Made by a program: the position numbers and the translations under genes. Of a stretch of DNA of 32,000 nt, positions 29,585 to 32,000 are shown one piece after another. The notes beneath the pieces are model-generated. The model ran no database searches and was not told where the DNA came from. It worked only from the letters and a program-made list of their open reading frames with translations. Source of the DNA: Desulfotalea psychrophila LSv54 (GTDB taxonomy: Bacteria > Desulfobacterota > Desulfobulbia > Desulfobulbales > Desulfocapsaceae); the NCBI RefSeq assembly GCF_000025945.1, contig NC_006138.1:3300001-3332000 (forward strand). The letters run 5' to 3'. How positions within the stretch are numbered: the stretch's first letter is position 1; every line of letters begins with the position of its first letter.

Positions 29585-30445
29585 CTAATCAATGAGCAGA
29601 GAGCCATCGCTATTTTCCACCACACCAACCACCACAATACCAGCGGCATCAGCCGCGGCCACCATGGCCTCACGATCAAAGAGCAGGGATTGCCCCGCCT
29701 CTACGGCGAGGACAGCACCCTTAACCGAGGCAAGACTCTGAATGGTCTGAATACCCGTGGCCGGCAGATCAAAACGGAAATCCTGTCCGGGCTTTCGCAC
29801 CTTAACAACCACCGCCTTTTCACGGGCAAGCTCACCACCACGCTTTATGGCCGCATCGGTACCCTCAATGGCCTCAACCGCCACCACCGAGCAATCACGA
29901 ACAACAACGGTCTGACCAATATCCATGGCCCCGATGGCCCTAGCGTTTTTCCAGCCAAACTCAACGTCCTTACGCTGATCCTTGCTGAGACTTTTAGCCG
30001 TCAAGGTCCCTCTCGGAAAGAGCAGTTCCTGCAGATAAATCGTCGACTCTAGCACCTTAACCCCATCTTTTTCGAGGGCACCAGCAACGGCACGGAGAAT
30101 AGCATCATCCTGCTTTATATCAATCTTATTCCATAGGGTCAGAGCCCTAACATCGGGCATGATATCGTGAAATATCCGTGTCTTGGTGATGGTGCCGACA
30201 AAGACTGTTTCACCAACCCCCTCCTTTTTGAAAAAGGAGAGGATTTTTCCCAACTGGCCAAGTTTTACCCAACAACAACTATCTGCGGCCTTAGCAACTT
30301 CTGGATCCGTTTCGCTACGATGGGCAACAACTGCCACACTACGCCCGGCCCGACGAGCCGCCTCTATAAAGAGTAGAGGGAACTGGCCACCACCTGCGAT
30401 AATACCTATTTTTTCCGGAATAATTTGTCTTTTAAAACCAAACAT
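29585..30445 (-). CDS. lpxI: UDP-2,3-diacylglucosamine pyrophosphatase, LpxI type
   Basis: IGIIAGGGQFPLLFIEAARRAGRSVAVVAH; KIDIKQDDAILRAVAGALEKDGVKVLESTIYL; EAIEGTDAAIKRGGEL; DLPATGIQTIQ, within an lpx gene cluster. Confidence 0.9.
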   Translation of the reverse strand: MFGFKRQIIPEKIGIIAGGGQFPLLFIEAARRAGRSVAVVAHRSETDPEVAKAADSCCWVKLGQLGKILSFFKKEGVGETVFVGTITKTRIFHDIMPDVRALTLWNKIDIKQDDAILRAVAGALEKDGVKVLESTIYLQELLFPRGTLTAKSLSKDQRKDVEFGWKNARAIGAMDIGQTVVVRDCSVVAVEAIEGTDAAIKRGGELAREKAVVVKVRKPGQDFRFDLPATGIQTIQSLASVKGAVLAVEAGQSLLFDREAMVAAADAAGIVVVGVVENSDGSLLID

Positions 30446-30468
30446 AGTTATGAGAAGATCCCCTGTAG

Positions 30469-31269
30469 CTATTCAGTATCCGTAGTCTGCTTAACAACAC
30501 CACGTTTTGATTCTCTAAAAAATGTCACCAGCTTCTCCACTTCAAGATTGTGGGGATACTGCTCATGGGCAAGATTAATGGCATCTTTCATCAGCAGATT
30601 AGGCGAGCGAAAGATGAGACGAAAAGCCTCCTTAATCTCGTTGATAGTCTCACGACTAAAACCATTTCGTTTCAGGCCAATCTTATTTATACCAGAAATA
30701 CGGGTATTGCCCCGGGTACCGGAGACAATAATATAGGGCGGCACATCAAGGCTAAGCCCAGAAAGGCCGCCGACATAGCTATACTCACCAATACGACAAA
30801 ACTGATGAATAGCGACAAGACCACCAATCGATGCCCTGTCCCCCACCTCTACATGACCTGCCAAGGTTGCCACATTGGCCAGAATAATATGGTTGCCAAG
30901 GATACAGTCATGGGCAACATGGGTATAGGCCATAAGCAGATTGTTATTACCAATAACAGTTTTACCATGCCCAGAGGGCGTACCACGGTGAATGGAAGCG
31001 TACTCCCGGATCTGATTGTCATTACCTATGATAAGCTCGGTGGGCTCACCGCTATAGCTTAAATCCTGGGGAGCACCACCTATTGTGGCAAAGGAACCAA
31101 TAAAATTTCTCTCGCCAAGGGTGGTGGGACCTGAAACCACTGAGTGTGCTTCAACCCGGCTCCCGGCACCAATCCGAACTCCCTCACCGATAACAGCATA
31201 GGGTCCAACATGTACAGAGGTATCAAGCTCCGCCTTGGGATCAATTACAGCCGTTGGATGAATAGACAT
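30469..31269 (-). CDS. lpxA: UDP-N-acetylglucosamine acyltransferase
   Basis: MSIHPTAVIDPKAELDTSVHVGPYAVIGEGVRIG; ANVATLAGHVEVGDRASIGGLVAIHQFCRIGEYSYVGG; INKIGLKRNGFS. Confidence 0.96.
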   Translation of the reverse strand: MSIHPTAVIDPKAELDTSVHVGPYAVIGEGVRIGAGSRVEAHSVVSGPTTLGERNFIGSFATIGGAPQDLSYSGEPTELIIGNDNQIREYASIHRGTPSGHGKTVIGNNNLLMAYTHVAHDCILGNHIILANVATLAGHVEVGDRASIGGLVAIHQFCRIGEYSYVGGLSGLSLDVPPYIIVSGTRGNTRISGINKIGLKRNGFSRETINEIKEAFRLIFRSPNLLMKDAINLAHEQYPHNLEVEKLVTFFRESKRGVVKQTTDTE

Positions 31270-31337
31270 ATAGTCCTCCACTTACCCTCTCCTAACCAAA
31301 GGATCGAGGGAATTTTAACTTTTAGATTAAGGGGAAA

Positions 31338-31790
31338 TTATGAAAACGAAGCCATGAGTTCGGCCTGAACGACGACCTGATCGTCAACATAACCCTTGGC
31401 AGACATAAAAATAATGGAACGTTTTTCTTTTACCAGCTGCACCTTATAGATGAGTTGATCACCAGGCCTTACTGGTTTACGAAAACGGGCCTTATCCACC
31501 CCGGCAAAAAAGGCCAATTTTTTACCAACCGCATCTGGCTCGGTATAAAAGGCATGAACACAGCCAACCTGAGCAAGTCCTTCAAGCATAAGTACCCCTG
31601 GCATAACGGGCTCCCCGGGAAAATGACCCTGGAAATACTGCTCGTTAAAGGTCACATTTTTCAACCCGACAATTTCCTTACCGGGATCAATAGATAGGAT
31701 ACGGTCAACCATGACGAAGGGATAACGGTGTGGCAACAGATCTAAAATCCCTACAATATCTATTTCTCCTGGAGTAATAACATCACTCAT
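31338..31790 (-). CDS. fabZ: 3-hydroxyacyl-[acyl-carrier-protein] dehydratase
   Basis: ILDLLPHRYPFVMVDRIL; NVTFNEQYFQGHFPGEPVMPGVLMLEGLAQ; start ATG at 31790 with upstream AGGAGAG. Confidence 0.96.
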   Translation of the reverse strand: MSDVITPGEIDIVGILDLLPHRYPFVMVDRILSIDPGKEIVGLKNVTFNEQYFQGHFPGEPVMPGVLMLEGLAQVGCVHAFYTEPDAVGKKLAFFAGVDKARFRKPVRPGDQLIYKVQLVKEKRSIIFMSAKGYVDDQVVVQAELMASFS

Positions 31791-31868
31791 ATTCTCTCCT
31801 TTATCATTTGCGCAGTGATCTCTGCCCGCAAGGGAACCAAGAGACTTGCGCAAAGTATTTAATGCTTT

Positions 31869-32000
31869 TTAATTTTTTCCTGCAAGCTCTTCTACGCTCT
31901 TTTTCAGGGCACGAATATCTTTTTGCATCTCCGGAAGCTTCGTGGTCAAGACCACGGACTTTCGCCATTGCTTAATAGGCCGGGCCGGAATACCGCCAAC
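31869..32000 (-). CDS. lpxD: UDP-3-O-(3-hydroxyacyl)glucosamine N-acyltransferase, C-terminal fragment only
   Basis: Manual minus-strand translation: VGGIPARPIKQWRKSVVLTTKLPEMQKDIRALKKSVEELAGKN*, the typical LpxD C-terminus (G-PARPI, LPEM), upstream of fabZ. Confidence 0.85.
   Translation of the reverse strand, partial: VGGIPARPIKQWRKSVVLTTKLPEMQKDIRALKKSVEELAGKN

Noticed and set aside
30550-31062. 170-aa plus-strand ORF opposite lpxA
   Set aside because: Shadow ORF on the reverse of the regular hexapeptide repeats of lpxA.
1-32000. Prophage, transposon, toxin-antitoxin, secretion or defence system
   Set aside because: No integrase, transposase, phage structural, nuclease or toxin-like protein was recognised; gene content is core metabolism, translation and envelope biogenesis.

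Overview
The window looks like ordinary chromosomal core sequence from a Gram-negative, probably Desulfobulbales/Desulfotalea-like, bacterium (taxonomy inferred from gene content and protein style only). It is densely packed with housekeeping genes. Left to right: nadE (3' partial, GTG start), mltG, lon (in two frames), a left-handed beta-helix sugar-nucleotide/acyltransferase-like protein, an MltF-like lytic transglycosylase, phosphomannomutase, manC, ampG, cysS, a short unannotated ORF plus mpl, an Hpt-domain protein, tilS, a repeat-bearing convergent intergenic region, selB, an MBL-fold hydrolase, an Mrp/NBP35-type ATPase with Cys-rich ends, ftsY, a TerB/DnaJ-like protein, a PLP aminotransferase, der, an AmgK-like kinase with a MurU-like nucleotidyltransferase, lpxI, lpxA, fabZ and lpxD (partial). 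I found no CRISPR, prophage, transposon, defence island, rRNA or tRNA, and no convincing undescribed multi-gene system. The items most worth a second look are: (1) a +1 frame disruption splitting lon at a CCC-C-TGG site inside the conserved DVPW motif; (2) a concentration of peptidoglycan turnover/recycling genes, including an overlapping AmgK/MurU-like pair next to the lipid A genes; (3) three kinds of short tandem repeat in the tilS-selB intergenic region; (4) the Cys-rich termini of the Mrp-like ATPase; (5) a small ORF immediately upstream of mpl; and (6) a strong promoter-like sequence and a perfect palindrome upstream of lon.
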